A stretch of DNA of 64,000 nt. Source: the human T2T-CHM13v2.0 reference genome, Homo sapiens. The stretch lies in NCBI RefSeq assembly GCF_009914755.1, contig NC_060942.1, one strand, 5' to 3'. How positions within the stretch are numbered: the first letter of the stretch is position 1; each line of letters opens with the position of its first letter. Below the pieces are notes generated by a model, which saw only the letters and a program-made list of their open reading frames with translations, ran no database searches and was not told the DNA's origin. The position numbers were made by a program, and so were the translations under genes. Shown piece by piece: positions 26,486-48,079 of the stretch.

Positions 26486-27907
26486 TTAATCAAGTCTGTT
26501 TTGTACACTACTCTATACCAGTATAGTCCTAGGGTATGTAAAAGATGAAAAGTAAAATGAGACCAGAGTCCATGCTCATGGTGCTCAGCCACTCATTTGG
26601 TAATATCTGCCCATGAATACACATTAAATAAGTAAATAAGTAACTTGAGAGGCCAAGACATCAAATGTGTTTAGTCAATGTGCAAATATATCAACATTGA
26701 TTCTGTGTGAAGGTGCCCAGGAAATCTGAGACCATTATTTAAACACAATAAATCTAAAAACCTTGGCAGTCTTTGCACTATTTTGCCTTCATTGGCAAGT
26801 TCCAGTGATTCCGTGAGCTTTTGTTCTTTAATAAGTTGAGCAAATATGAACTACAAATGGTGTCATCTTGTCTCTATTCATTGTGTTATGTAATTGGAAG
26901 AAGAAATTCTGTTTGTTTCTTGCCTGTAAAACAGACAGGCAAAAGACCAGTCTTCTGGCATTTGTACCTGGGTCAGTTACAGAATCTCATGATTCAATGC
27001 TTTATAGACTCTCTTGCTTGCTTAATAGCACAGTATCTCATTTCCTGGAGTCTATGGGCTGACATTAAAAGCTGTGAGAATCAGGTAATCAGATAGCTGT
27101 TGGTTCCAGAATCATAGACTCTTGGACCCAAAAAGGACCTCAGAAGAAAAAGCAGCAAGCGTAAATTACAAAACATACTTTGAGGGAGAAAAAAATACAA
27201 GCTAATTAATGATTTAGCAGAACAAACAGCAGTATAAGTGCTTTCATGGGTCTGCTGAACTTTGGCCACTCACAGGGCCACCTTTAGGCCTCAGAGATGG
27301 GGCAAGACCAGGTCAGAGAAGTGACTCCAGCAAAGCATTAGATACAACTGCCTTGATTTGCAGCTGAAAAATATGAGGCCAGAGGATTTTCCCAAGATTG
27401 CCTGGAAAACAGGACTAGTGGTCTGGCCTCGATGAAATCAATCATGGAGGACAAGTTTGATCTCCCACAACCCTGCTCCTACTGGAGCCTGTTGTTTGAC
27501 ACACTTTTTCTTTCCCGTTAGCTCTGGCATCTTCCTTTCTTCTGCCTTCGTCCTTCTCCTCCCTCACTGCCCATCTCTTTATGCCTCCATTTTGATCCCT
27601 CCACAATGACTTCTAGCTCCTTTCACTCTTCCTTCTTTGGTATATTATATACATTTTTAGTATTTCTATGTTTATTAAATCAAGTACTCTGTTTTGAATT
27701 ATTTTTATGAGTGGATTTGTTAAATATTTTATATTTATCTCTCTAAACAAGATTACACTAATTAAATTGTTGTGTGACCCAGCATTTACTCTGTGATCTG
27801 GATACCACCTCCCTATCCCAACAAAATAAGAACTAACAAAAACCAACAACATTTTTTTTCCCTCCCTGTTCCAGATTCTCCCTTTTGGATCTCAGCACTG
27901 AAAAAGT

Positions 27908-28211
27908 CCTCCTTCCCTCCCTCCCTCCCTTCCTTCCTTCCTGCCTGCCTGCCTGTCTTCCTGCCTGCCTTCCTGCCTGCCTTCCTGCCTGCCTTCCTCC
28001 CTTCCTCCCTCCCTCTCTCCCTTCCTTCCTCCTCTCCCTGCCTACTTCCTTCCCTCCTTCTTTTTCTTTCTTTCTTCTTTCTTTTTCTTTCTCTCTTTCT
28101 CTCTCTTTCTTTCTTCCTTTTCTCTCTCTCTTTCTTTCCTTTCTTTCTTTCATTCTTTCTTTTCCTTCTCTCTTCCCTTTTTTCTTTCTTCTTTCTCTCT
28201 CTTTTTCTCTC
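27908..28211. repeat. Compound polypyrimidine simple repeat (CCCT/CCTG/CCTT/CTTT)
   Basis: About 300 bp almost entirely C/T on the + strand. Confidence 0.95.
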
Positions 28212-29146
28212 AATAAATTCTCAGATAAGACTCTATTGTACACACAAACCTCGGATAACAGCAACATATCATGTTCACTATTTACTGTTCTCAGCATTAT
28301 TCAGTACACAGGTTGTAAAAACAACAAGGCAAATGGATAGGAACTCCCAACAGTTGATCTGTGTATTCTCTGAGTAAGCCTTTCTTTGAGAAGCTGAACC
28401 TTGCCTCTCCACCCCATTAACGCAAGCACTGTGGAATGCAGTCTTTAAGGAGCATGGGAACACAGAGGGTGGTGACAGGCTAGGGTGGAGGGGTGGTGAT
28501 TTTTTGTAAGATTGAGAAATGCAGGAAGCTGATCAGCCTTAGTAAGTCAAACCAGCAATACTGTTTTAAAACCCAGGATCTGTGGCCATTAGAGGAGGAG
28601 TCTAATGGGGTTCCATTTATCAGAGATGCCTAATTTGGGCACATGGGCTTTCCATTTCATTACAGACTCAATCTCCTGCTGCTCTAGCCAATATATAGGC
28701 AAAAAGGCAGCTGAGTGAGAAACTATGTTTTCCGGACAGAAGCTTCAGGGTCTGTAGGTGACAAGAGAATGGTTTCCTAGGACAAAGGGTAACTAGCCGC
28801 AGAGATTGGACAGCTGTGGAAGAAATCACTCAGCTTTCAAGACAGTTGAGGAAGACACTATATTAAAAATCTGAATTGCAGATGGAAACTCAGAATTTTC
28901 TATAATAAACGAGTAACATGGACTTCTCAATTTTAATTTTTATTATTTAGTTATTTTTATAACAGCAGCATTAGGACCCCTCTGAAACTGTGGCAAAAGA
29001 GGGTTTATAAAGCCTGCATGTCACAAAATCGATCTGATCCAGCCCAGCCCAGCCCAGCCCATCCCACCACTTCCTACATGATCCGTGCAGGGAAGATCCC
29101 AAAGGTGGGGAATTTGCTGTATTCCTTGCTGTATGCATCATGCTAG

Positions 29147-29736
29147 TGCAAAGCAGTCACTCACTGCTTGCAGAGTGCAGCGCACAAGAATGAGGTCTGG
29201 TATAAAGAACGTGATTTTCTATTCCAAAGCTAGCTTAGGGGAAGAAGTATAGGCTTCCTGCCTTAAGGGTACTGCTTCACTTTTGGAGCAGAAAGCAGGG
29301 GATTTTAAGAGGGAATGTGGCATGAATGGCACGCAGGGAGGGAGTGAGCTGGTGGGGAGTCCATGTGACTTGTTTTGGTATTTGACCTACTGGGTGGTTG
29401 AGCTGGCACCATCATGGTCAGAACTAGATTGTAGAGTGGTCTTGTCTCCAGATTCTCTCCAGGTGGGAGAGAATTTTGTAGCAGGCATACTTTTGGTTAT
29501 AAATTGACTATTGTCTCTCAAGGCAATCTCCTGGTGGGAGATATTTCTGCCCTGGAGCTTTTAAGTAAGCACATGGTTAGATAATTTTGCCTGTTGAAGG
29601 GAAGGTAAATGGTTTTAACTGCATTTCTAAAGAGCTAAGTAAGAAGTGGGGGAATTGGGGAAAGGGAGGAAAGAGAAAAGAAGAGAAAAAAACCTCATTC
29701 TATATCTCTTAGAAAAATTGGGATAACTCAGTTACA
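29147..29736 (-). mobile_element. ERV1-class solo LTR (LTR24-like; subfamily tentative)
   Basis: TG...CA termini with 4-bp TSD CTAG (29143-29146, 29737-29740). Confidence 0.7.
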
Positions 29737-29952
29737 CTAGAACAGTACCTTGCATGTTATAGATGATCAATTAATATTTGTTGGATACCCAACTAAGGCT
29801 TTTGATGAATTTACAGTGAGAAAGAATTAGGAATGAAGGCTGAAAACCACTATATATCATCCCTTCTTTGTTGTGCACAGGTATGTTGTCAACTAAACAT
29901 GCTCATTCCACAGAATGAGATCAGCTAATCCTTGATTTCCCTCATAAAGTTC

Positions 29953-30580
29953 TGATGTAGGATTTTTCTTCTTGCTTGCTTTGCAAGCTGAAGATCTCTG
30001 GCTGGCAATGCCCCACCTGGGCCCCACTCAGCCATGCTGGCATGCCCCAACTTGCCTGTGTTATAGCTTGTACCCACATTCAGCGATCCCTGAGCTCTTG
30101 TACCATACTCAAGAAGAAAGAGGATACGCAGGACACTGAAGAGTGAGGAGGATGGAAAAGAATTTTACTGAGCGATGAAACAGCTTTCAGTGGAGAGGGA
30201 ACATGGGGGTGGTCCCCCTACCTGAAGGTGTGAAAGTCCCTCTGTGGCTGGGTCCAGGGTCTTTCATGGACTCAGAATGGGGAATGCATGCTGATTGGTT
30301 TGTGAGTAGCAAAAAAGTTTAAAGTGAAGACACCACTCAAAGGTGGGCATGACAATGTAGAAAACCAATTAGGAAAGGGTAGGTATATGTAAAATAGGTT
30401 AAGGGTGGGGACCAATCAGAGGAAAGCATGCCAAATAGGAGAACAAGTTCTCAATCTGGTCTGAGGATTTAACTTGTAGCTTGGCTTTCAGGCTTTAAAC
30501 TGTCTTTGGCTTGGAGGTGGGGTTTCACCGGGGACCCGTCCCTATCTGCCTAGGCATTTGGCTGCCTCCTGCCACCCTCT
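29953..30580 (-). mobile_element. ERV1-class solo LTR (MER52/LTR27/LTR28 group)
   Basis: tgatgtaggatttttc start and gggacccgtccctatctgcctaggcatttgg end; 4-bp TSD GTTC. Confidence 0.78.
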
Positions 30581-30784
30581 GTTCCATATTAAAGGATTTT
30601 ATAAGAGTAGTTATCTCAACTAGGTACACCTTTCCTAATGACTTCAGCTAAAGTTCTGGTAGAATGGACAGAACACGAAAGCACACTCTTTTTTCCACTT
30701 GCATAGAGCCAAACATTATAGGGAAGAGAAACAAAAGGAAATATCAGCTTTTCTTGAACATTGTTAAAAATTTCCTTGGTGTTT

Positions 30785-31227
30785 CACGTACCTGCTGCTG
30801 CATAATAAACAATCTTAAAACTAAGTGGCTTAATATAACGACCATTTTACTTGTATGCAATTCTGTGAGTCAGGGATTCAAACAGAACAGTGGAGATGGC
30901 TTGTTTCTGCTCTGCGTTGTGTCTGCTAGGGCTAGAAGGTCCAAGAAAGCTCCTTCACTCACTCACATGCCTGGTACCTCTGCTAGAATTTCTGGAATAG
31001 TTCGAGGCTGGCTGCTATGGCTCAACTGGGAAAACGAGCAGGCTGTGCTTCTCCCGATTGACTTGTTTCTTTGATTCTTCTCTGTTGTTTCAGGACCTCT
31101 TCCTTTCCACTTGCTCCCTCCTTGTGGTTTTTTCACATGCTTTCTCCAGCAAGACTCAAATGGTGACTATAGACTCCTAAGAGCATGAATTGAAATGATC
31201 AGGTCTTCTTAAGACTTAGGCTCAGAT
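30785..31227 (-). mobile_element. Old MLT1-type MaLR LTR
   Basis: tgctgcataataaacaatcttaaaactaagtggcttaa signature; ends approximate. Confidence 0.6.
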
Positions 31228-39392
<8,165 letters not shown>

Positions 39393-41100
39393 AAGAGATT
39401 GCCAAACTGTCTTTCAAAGTGGCAGTATTATTTTGCATCCCTCCCAATAACACCCCAATAATAAGTGAGAGTTCATGTTGCTCTGTATCTTCAGCAGCAT
39501 TTGGTGTTGTCAGAGCTTTGGATTTTAGCCATTCAAATAGACATAATGGTATCTCAGTGTTGTCTTAATTTGAAACTCCCTAAGGATATATAATGTTTAA
39601 CACCTTTTCATATGCTTATTTTCCATTCATATGTCTCTTTTGGTGAGGTGTCTGTTCAGATGTTTTGCTAACTTTTTTTTATTGGGTTGTTTGTTTTCTT
39701 ATTGTTGAATTTTGAGTTTCTTGCTTGTTTTGGATACAAATCCTCTATGTGATGTGTATTGTGCAAATATTTTCTCCTAGTCTGTGGGATTGTCTTTTCA
39801 TTCTCTTAACAGTGTCTTTTGTATCACAGAAGTTTCTAATTTTAATTAAGTCTAACATCAACTTTTTCTTTCTTGGATCATTCTTTGGGTATTGTATCTA
39901 AAAACTCATCAAGAAACCTAAAGTCACCTAGATTTTTTCACAGATCATTTTCTAGAAATTTTATAGCTTTGGATTTTACATTCAAGTCCATGGTCATTTT
40001 TGAGTTAATTTTTGTAAAAAGTATAAGGTTAGTGCCTAGATTGATTTTTTTTTTGGTATGTGGTTGTCCAGTTGTTCCAGAATTACTTGTTGAAAAGACT
40101 GTCCTTTCTCCAGTGAGTTTGCTCTTTGTCAAAGATCAGCTGACTATAGTTGTTTAGGTCTCGTATTAGTCTGTTCTCACACTGCTGTAAAGAACTACCT
40201 GAGACTAGGTAATTTATGAAGAAAAAAAGGCTTAAGTGGCTCACAATCCTGTGGACTGTACAGGAAACATGGCTGGGAGGCCTCAGGAAACTTCCGATCA
40301 TGGTGGAAGGTGAAGGTGAAGTAAGCATGTCTTATCATGGCAGAGCAGGAGAGACAGAGCCAAGACAGAAGTGATACGTACTAAAAACAAACAAACAAAC
40401 AAACAAACAAACAAAAAAACAGATTTCATGAGAACTCTATCATGAGATAGCACTAGGGGAATAGTGCTAACCATTAGAAAACACCCCCACGATCCAATCA
40501 CCTCCGGGGGATTACAGTTCAACATGAGATTTGGGTGGGGACACAGAGCCAAACCATATCAGGTCTATTTCTGGGATTTTTTTTCTATTCTATTGATCCA
40601 TTTGTCCATTCCTTCACCAATAACACACATGTCTTGATTCATATAGCTTTATAGTATGTTTTGAAGTCAGGTAGTATCTGCCCTCTACCAAAAAATACTT
40701 TCCTTTTTTCTATAATATTATGTTGGTTAGTCCGAGTTTTTTGCCTTTCTATATAAATTTTAGAATTAGCTCTCAGATATCCACAAAGCAATTTGCTGGG
40801 ACCCTGATTGGGAATATGTTGAATCTATAAACAAGTTGGAAAGAAATGACATCGTAACATGATTGAATGTTCTTATCCATGAACATAAAATATCATTCAT
40901 TTATTTAGATCTTCTTTGATTTCTTTGATCAGAATTTTGCAGTTTTCTTCATCTAGGTCTTACACATACTTTGTTAGATTTGTATCTAAGTAGTTCTTTT
41001 TGGGGATGCTGATATAAACAGTGCTATGTTTTCAATTTCAAATTCCAGTTGTACATTGCTAGTATACAGGAAAGCAATTGACTTTTGTATATTGACAAAA
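39393..41100 (-). mobile_element. Old L1M element, right segment
   Basis: Resumes the antisense L1 ORF2 sequence at the point where 32813 stopped. Confidence 0.82.
40162..40561 (-). mobile_element. MST-type MaLR solo LTR nested in L1
   Basis: gtattagtctgttctcac...ccaaaccatatca; perfect TSD GGTCT; internal (AAAC)n. Confidence 0.9.
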
Positions 41101-42105
41101 CATTATTTTTGACACATTCTAATGTTTAAAACAGGTAAGGACACTGCACAAGGTATAAATATTCAGAGGTTCATTGGGATCAACAAATGGAGGAGACCAC
41201 CAAATTGGAGAGGTAATTTATACACACAAAACTATTAAAGAACCACAAGAACCTCCTTCCATTCATTGTCTAACTGTGAGGTGCTGACTTCAGTCCTACA
41301 AGAAATATTTAAAGTAAATTTTAGTGTGAGCAGAGGGAGGCTTTGTGGATGACATCTAAAGAGACTAAGGCCAACCTCCAAATCCTCCCCATGCTCAGAG
41401 AGCTAAGACTTGCAAGCTTTACCCCAGGAGCTTCTTGACTGTGTATCTTGACTTTGTTAATGTCGATATCCTGGTTGTGACTATGTACTACAGCTTTGCA
41501 ACATGTTACCATTGTGAGAAACTGACTAAACAGTACACAGCATCTCTATTAATTTTCACAATGGCACCTGAGCGCATCTTCAATTTTACCTCAAAATAAA
41601 AAGCTTAATTTAAAATAAAACATCTTTCTCCATAAGATCCTCTGGAAAAAAAAGGAAAAAAAAAACCCCGCCATACTGACATATAATTGATTGAAATGCT
41701 CAAATCAATCAGTTCAGTCAATTTTGACACTAATACATGCATGCATGTAACCCATTCCCCTACCAGAAAATGAAACATTTCTATTGCTACAGAAAGCTGC
41801 TTCTAACCATTTCCAGTCAACCCTCCCCGAAGAGCAACGACCACCAATCTGGTTTTCATATTCATGTATTATTTTTGCTAGAAACTGTCTACTTCTTTGT
41901 GTCCTGGCCTCTCTCACTCAGCATGACACTTTTTATATTTGTCTATGTTGTTGTGTGCATCAGTAGTTTGGGGCTTTTTAATGCTGTGTATGTTCCATTG
42001 TACGGATGCAACGGAGTTTATTCATGCTTTTTCCTCTTGATGGATATCCTTATGTCTATCATAATTCTTGTAGAAGGCTTATTGTGGACATGTGCCATTT
42101 CTCTT

Positions 42106-42937
42106 AGCCTGTGGCTTGCTTAGTTTCTTAACTGCATCTCTTGATGAGTTTTATAATTTTTTTTTTTTTAATAAATAGCCCTTTTTCTTTTAGTTTGTTT
42201 CAAGTAGCAGATTCCTCTTGACTTCCCTGAGGAAAATTCTCCAACTGTGTAGACAAAAGTAACGAGGCCTATGCAAGTCTTGAAGCATCCGCCCTTCCTG
42301 TACTTAGAATTGTTCATTGTAGTTGAAAGGCTCTTTGAAGGAATTGCTAGGTCATAGGGTAGATGTATATTTCACTTTTTAAGAATCTGGCAGTTTTCCA
42401 AAGTGGTTGAACATTGTAGTAGCATTCTGGTTGGTCCATATCTTTGTCTACATTTGGTGTAGTCAATCTTTCTTCTTTCCTCATTCTAATGGTTGTGAAG
42501 TGGAATGTCTGTGTTTTTTTAATTTGCACATCTCTGCTGACTAATGATGTTGGACACATTGTTATGTGCTTATTGACCATTTATATGCATTCTTTAGTGA
42601 AGTGACTGTATAAATATTTTGCCTATTTGTATTTAACTTTTTGAGTCGTACTTTTTTGTGTATTCTGTATACAAATACTTTTTTTAGGCCTGCATTGTGA
42701 ATATTTTCTCAGAGCCTGTGGCTTGCTTAGTTTCTTAACTGCATCTCTTGATGAGTTTTATAGTTTTTTTTAAATAAATAGCCCGTTTTCTTTTAGTTTG
42801 TTTCAAGTAGCAGATTCCTCTTGACTTGCCTGAGGAAAATTTTCCAAGTGAATAGACTAAAGTAAAGATGTCTATACAAGGCTTGGAGCATCCATGCTTC
42901 CTGTACTTAGAATTGTTCATTGTAGTTGAAAGGCTCT
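42106..42937 (+). repeat. Local direct duplication of about 227 bp (42106-42334 and 42713-42937)
   Basis: Both copies run AGCCTGTGGCTTGCTTAG...GTTGAAAGGCTCT. Confidence 0.95.
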
Positions 42938-43937
42938 CTCTCTACCTCCTGAAAAATAAAAGAGAAGCATTGTTGATGGTTTTTCTTGGGTCTGTGCTTC
43001 ACGTTTTCCATTTCATTGCATATCTGGGTCTCTATCAAGAGCTAGTCTGACTAATGGAAAGTGCTCTGGGTATTGTTTGAAAAATTCTTGGTTTTCACAG
43101 GACACGACTGCTTTTGGAAGAATTGCTTTATGTCTGGGAAAGTAAGAATTATGGCATCTTATTGAAAAATAATGTGTTTTTGAAAATTTCCTGTCAGAAA
43201 ATTGTTAAACTTTTGCAAAAAATGGAAGTTGGTTGCAGCAATCACATTCCAAGGATCTGAGAATCCTGGTAGGTGGGAACGTTGCAAATCACAGCAAAAC
43301 GCAGTTGCTAGCATATCCTTCTCACTTTACGTTACTGATAATGTGTGGCTCCAGCCTTTGCAGGTAGTCAGTGAGGAAACCTTTTGTCTGTTCTTGATCA
43401 GTTCCTTTTGAATTTTCCCAATTGCCATTCTAAATCTTCATCTCTTGCCTCATCCCAACCTAAAACACAACTCCTAACCTCATAAAAAGATGCTCAGTTC
43501 AGTTTAGCCAATGATAATTAAGTGCTTACTAAATGCCCGAAACTTAGCAAAAAGCACGATACTTGTCCATGAGAAATTGACAATCCAGGCAAAACTTTGA
43601 AATCTCCTATATAAAAATGTATTTAAATATGTATCCAAACTTCTCTACTCTTATGTTTGGAAAGAGTTGTCTTTCATTTTGGGGAAAGTTGGTTCTTCAA
43701 CCTGCATTGTTCTTGCTCCCTTAGTCTCTTTGGGAAGCTTTTCTCCATCAATTGTCCCATTTCTTACCTATAACAGCAGGAACCTGTGGTCCATTTTCTT
43801 CCCTTCCTCATACAAATTTAGCATAGAGCTTAACGTTGAGCTGCCTTATAGACTTTTCTTAATTCTTGTGTTTGGATAAAAAAAATGTAAGCAAATATAA
43901 GTATTTATCACAATCTCTCAAGAAAATGCCAAAGAGG

Positions 43938-44147
43938 TAAGGTTGTCAGATAAAATACAGACCACCCAGTTAAATTTGAATTTCAGATAAACAATGAATA
44001 CTTTTTTCATGTAAATATGCCCCATATGTAGTATAAATCTGTCCCATACAATATTTGGTATATACTTATAAAAATATTCATCATTTGTCTGAAATTCAAA
44101 TTTAACTGGTCATCCTGTATTTTTATTTGCTAAATTTTGCAATCCTA
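43938..44147. mobile_element. MER53 palindromic hAT-type MITE
   Basis: ccagttaaatttgaatttcaga...tctgaaattcaaatttaactgg arms; degenerate 8-bp TSD CAAAGAGG/CAAAGCAG. Confidence 0.88.
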
Positions 44148-44420
44148 CAAAGCAGGATGACATCCATAATGCACGTAAAAACTCCTGAAAGTCATCATTC
44201 TCTACCCTTTTCTATCTCCCACACATAGGGCAGATGCTCCCAGAGTCTTCTTTATCCCGACTCCCACCCCAAGCTCCCAAGAACAGCTAATGCTGTCTAA
44301 ACAGATTCCTCTTTGTCCAATTTTATTCTTAAAAAATCTGGTAGAATATCTTGATTCTACAGTAATTTTTTTTCTTTTCCCTTTTGTACCCACACCTTCC
44401 CTTTACCCATCACCCCTAAT

Positions 44421-44584
44421 TGTATTAGTTCATTTTCACATTGCCATAAAGAATACTACCTGAGACTTGGTAATTTATAAAGGAAAGACATTTAGTTGAG
44501 TCATAGTTCCACATGGTTGGGGAGACCTCAGGAAACACAATCATGGCAGAAGGAGAAGTAGGAACATCTTACATGGAGGCAGAT

Positions 44585-44618
<34 letters not shown>

Positions 44619-44807
44619 AGCAGGAAGGGCCCCTTATAAAACCATCAGATCTCATGAGAACTCACTCACTATCGTGAGAACAGCACAGGGGAAACCATCC
44701 CCATGATCCAATCACCTCCCACCTGGTCTCTTCCTCAACACATGGGGATTATGGGGATTACAATTCGAGAGGAGATTTTGGTGGGGACACAGACCCAAAC
44801 CATATCA
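44421..44807 (-). mobile_element. MST-type MaLR solo LTR with internal (AG)15 at 44586-44615
   Basis: TGTATTAGT...AAACCATATCA; TSD CTAAT/CTAAC. Confidence 0.9.
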
Positions 44808-45562
44808 CTAACGAAACCACAGAGGTGGTCTTGGATCTTCAGCTCTTGTGATCTCCTTCCTCTGAGAGGGCAGCGGAAGGAGTCACATTGTCAATACACA
44901 TTGTCCATTGCTTTTCCCTGTCAGAGTAGGGTAAAGTCATGCTTAACAGGGTTCTTCAACTTGGCTTCCTCTAACATCACCTATGTCACGACTTTACTGC
45001 CAAACTCTGGGAAAGGGTGTGTTCTTCTCTAGCGTGTTCTATGATGCACTGCAGCCTAGATTTTTCCCTCAGTACTCTACTAAAGCAACTTCTGCTAAGA
45101 TTACTTATTCCCCCAGATTGCCTCCAAGTTCTTCCTTGAAATCCTCCTCCTCCTCTAACTTGTGACAAGGGCCATCAGTTACAGGTGATGTAAGTGTCCT
45201 ACCCAAGACAAGGCGGGTGGCTGGGGGCAGTATTTAGTCCATCCTCTGCTCTCCAGCCCATGATCACTGTCCTAGGTTATGAAGTCCCTAATAAATAACT
45301 CCCCTCACCTCACCTGAGTCCTGAAAAAATGAATATAAAGTCAAATAAATCAGACAGATAGAGAATAAAAATATACATTACATAATGATAGGTTGGAGGC
45401 TGGGGATTAGGCATGAGCCAATAATAGGTTTTCTAATTCTTTGGTGTACAATCTAGTCACAGGGATTACTGGAGTTTCAAAATTGGGCTTAGCCCTGGGA
45501 AAACTTAGGGCAGAAGGAATAGATGAGAATCCATACTTCCTTTGGACGCTTGGCAACCTGTG

Positions 45563-45612
45563 AAAACAAAACAAAACAAAACAAAACAAAACAAAACAAA
45601 ACAAAACAAAAC
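45563..45612. repeat. (AAAAC)10 microsatellite
   Basis: Perfect pentamer run. Confidence 0.95.
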
Positions 45613-47383
45613 TTGAGGGCATTTCCTCTCCAAACCCACCAACATAGGTTAGATGTGTTAGACGCCTTTTGTTAGTCACTTCATATTCTGCTGCCCTACC
45701 TCTTAATCTAGCTGCTGCTGAGGCCACCAGTTCTGCATAGGCTTTAAATAACTTTGTGCATTGCAAACTGGCAGCACTTCCTCTCACACCTTGCTTCCAG
45801 TTCCAGGGCTTTGTGATGATGCTTTGGTGTGAATGTGCATAATTGACACTCAAGTGTGATCCGAGTTAACACCCATGGGACCTTCCTTGACCTATGGGGA
45901 TACAAGCCTGTAGATACATGCTTCCCCTCTTCTTCCTCTCGGTGGACAGCTCTGATGCACATTTTGTAAGATTCCTCCGAAAGTCCATGGATTCAGATAC
46001 CAGTGGCCAATTTTGTAAGAATTGTATTAACTTTCTTTCCATCTCTGTTCCACCCCTCTTTCTCTTCTGCTTTTATTCCCTGACACCACTTCCTAAATAA
46101 ACTACATGCATGTGAGCCTTTATCTAGGGCTCTGCTTTCAGGGAATCCAGGCTAAGACATTGGGGAGCAGGAGTAAATTTGAGGGTAAAGAGAGGCAAAG
46201 AGTGTTATGCTAATGGATGTCCTTCCAACTGGAAGGAAAAATCAGAAATAAGTACTTCCTCTGCGACAGGGAAAATAACAGGAGTACAATCTAGATCAAA
46301 GGCATAAAAATACCTTCTTTGATGACCCCAATGCTTAGACAGAAAAAAAAAAAGCTAAGAAATTCAACCCCCTTTTTATGGAATCTAAAGAGAGATGAAA
46401 ACAAAGTCGAAAGGTAGAAGATCAGCCCTAATGGTAGATATGAGGTTTTTAAGCTCTGAAAGCCCCCAGCTGGAATTGATTCATGTCAGAAAACATGTGC
46501 TCTGAGCAGAAAAAGACTGGACAGATTTGGGATCCCTTTTAGTTCTGTGTGATTGGTTGTGTACAGTTATTTTTATGATAACCTTGTGGGCAAAATGGGT
46601 ATTAGGACTATAATTTTAGAACCATGTTTTCTGGTTCTCTTGTCTTGTAGAACGGTTTAGTTTCAACTAAGAGAAGAAATATTGTGCACTGAAAATGAAG
46701 AGAAAATCACTGGCCATAAAGGAATTTCTTGTCTTGAGTGCGGTACAGTCTGCCATCATTGGTTGGCAGGGGTAACAACCTGGGGAGGCTGGACTGTGGA
46801 TTGCATGGTCAAGACTGGTCTTTGAGAAGCTGGGCTTTTCTCGTAATACTGATTCTGCCTACTGCACACCCCAAACATGATCTGTCTCTAACTCTCATTC
46901 CTACCTCTAATCTGTAATTTTTCTTCCTGGCTCCTGAATCATTACTCAGCCTCTGAATTCACTTTAGGTAGGGCTGGCTTCTTGCTCCCACCAAACTTTT
47001 AAACTGAAACCACAGAATAACTCTTGCTTGAGTTATTACTAACTCGATAACTCTTGTGTTTTTTTGTGGGACAGGATTTACCTGCTAGTAGTTTGCTGAA
47101 ACTCCACATAAAAACATATGCTGCATGCAAGAGAGCCCAGAAGATCTTGGGATGAGTGTTCCTCAGGCCAGGAAGCATCTGCCACAGCTGGGATCTTTCC
47201 TACTGAGTAGCTTTGCACCATGTGCACTGACACTGGAGATCCCTGGAATTTTGCATACGGCACTGCTAACTTGTTGGGTTGATGGCAATCTCTTTGACAG
47301 ACAGCGTATTTTTCTTGAATAGAGGCCAGGCTTGTTAATGTTTTCCCTTAGTAAAACAGAAGGAGGTTAAGAACTGGGTGCAG

Positions 47384-47672
<289 letters not shown>

Positions 47673-47736
47673 AGAACTGAGCACTTCTCTGAAAAGCACT
47701 GGTCATCTTGGGAGTCTCTGGGGATCTCATTACAAA

Positions 47737-47962
<226 letters not shown>

Positions 47963-47999
47963 TAAGGGCACAAATGAAAAGGGAGGGGCAAAATATGAA

Positions 48000-48079
48000 G
48001 GCTTTATATTTCCTTTTGAGGGACGCAGCTCCAGTCTAACTTGCCACTCTGTGAACTTCACTACTGGAAAGCAACAAAG
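48000..48079 (+). promoter_or_regulatory. SERPINB11: Probable SERPINB11 core promoter and non-coding exon 1 (about 48035-48079)
   Basis: TATA-like TTTATAT 48003-48009 followed by a strong donor AAAG|GTAAGA at 48079/48080; same layout as SERPINB3 exon 1. Confidence 0.7.

Noticed and set aside
27793-28377. ORFs of 151-194 aa on both strands (L/S/F/P-rich or R/E/K/G-rich)
   Set aside because: Translations of a simple repeat that lacks stop codons; no coding signature.
29038-29060. (CCAGC)n short run
   Set aside because: Only about four units; an ordinary microsatellite seed.
45407-45853. 148-aa minus-strand ORF
   Set aside because: Runs through the (AAAAC)10 microsatellite and probable old LTR sequence; no homology or splice support that I can see.
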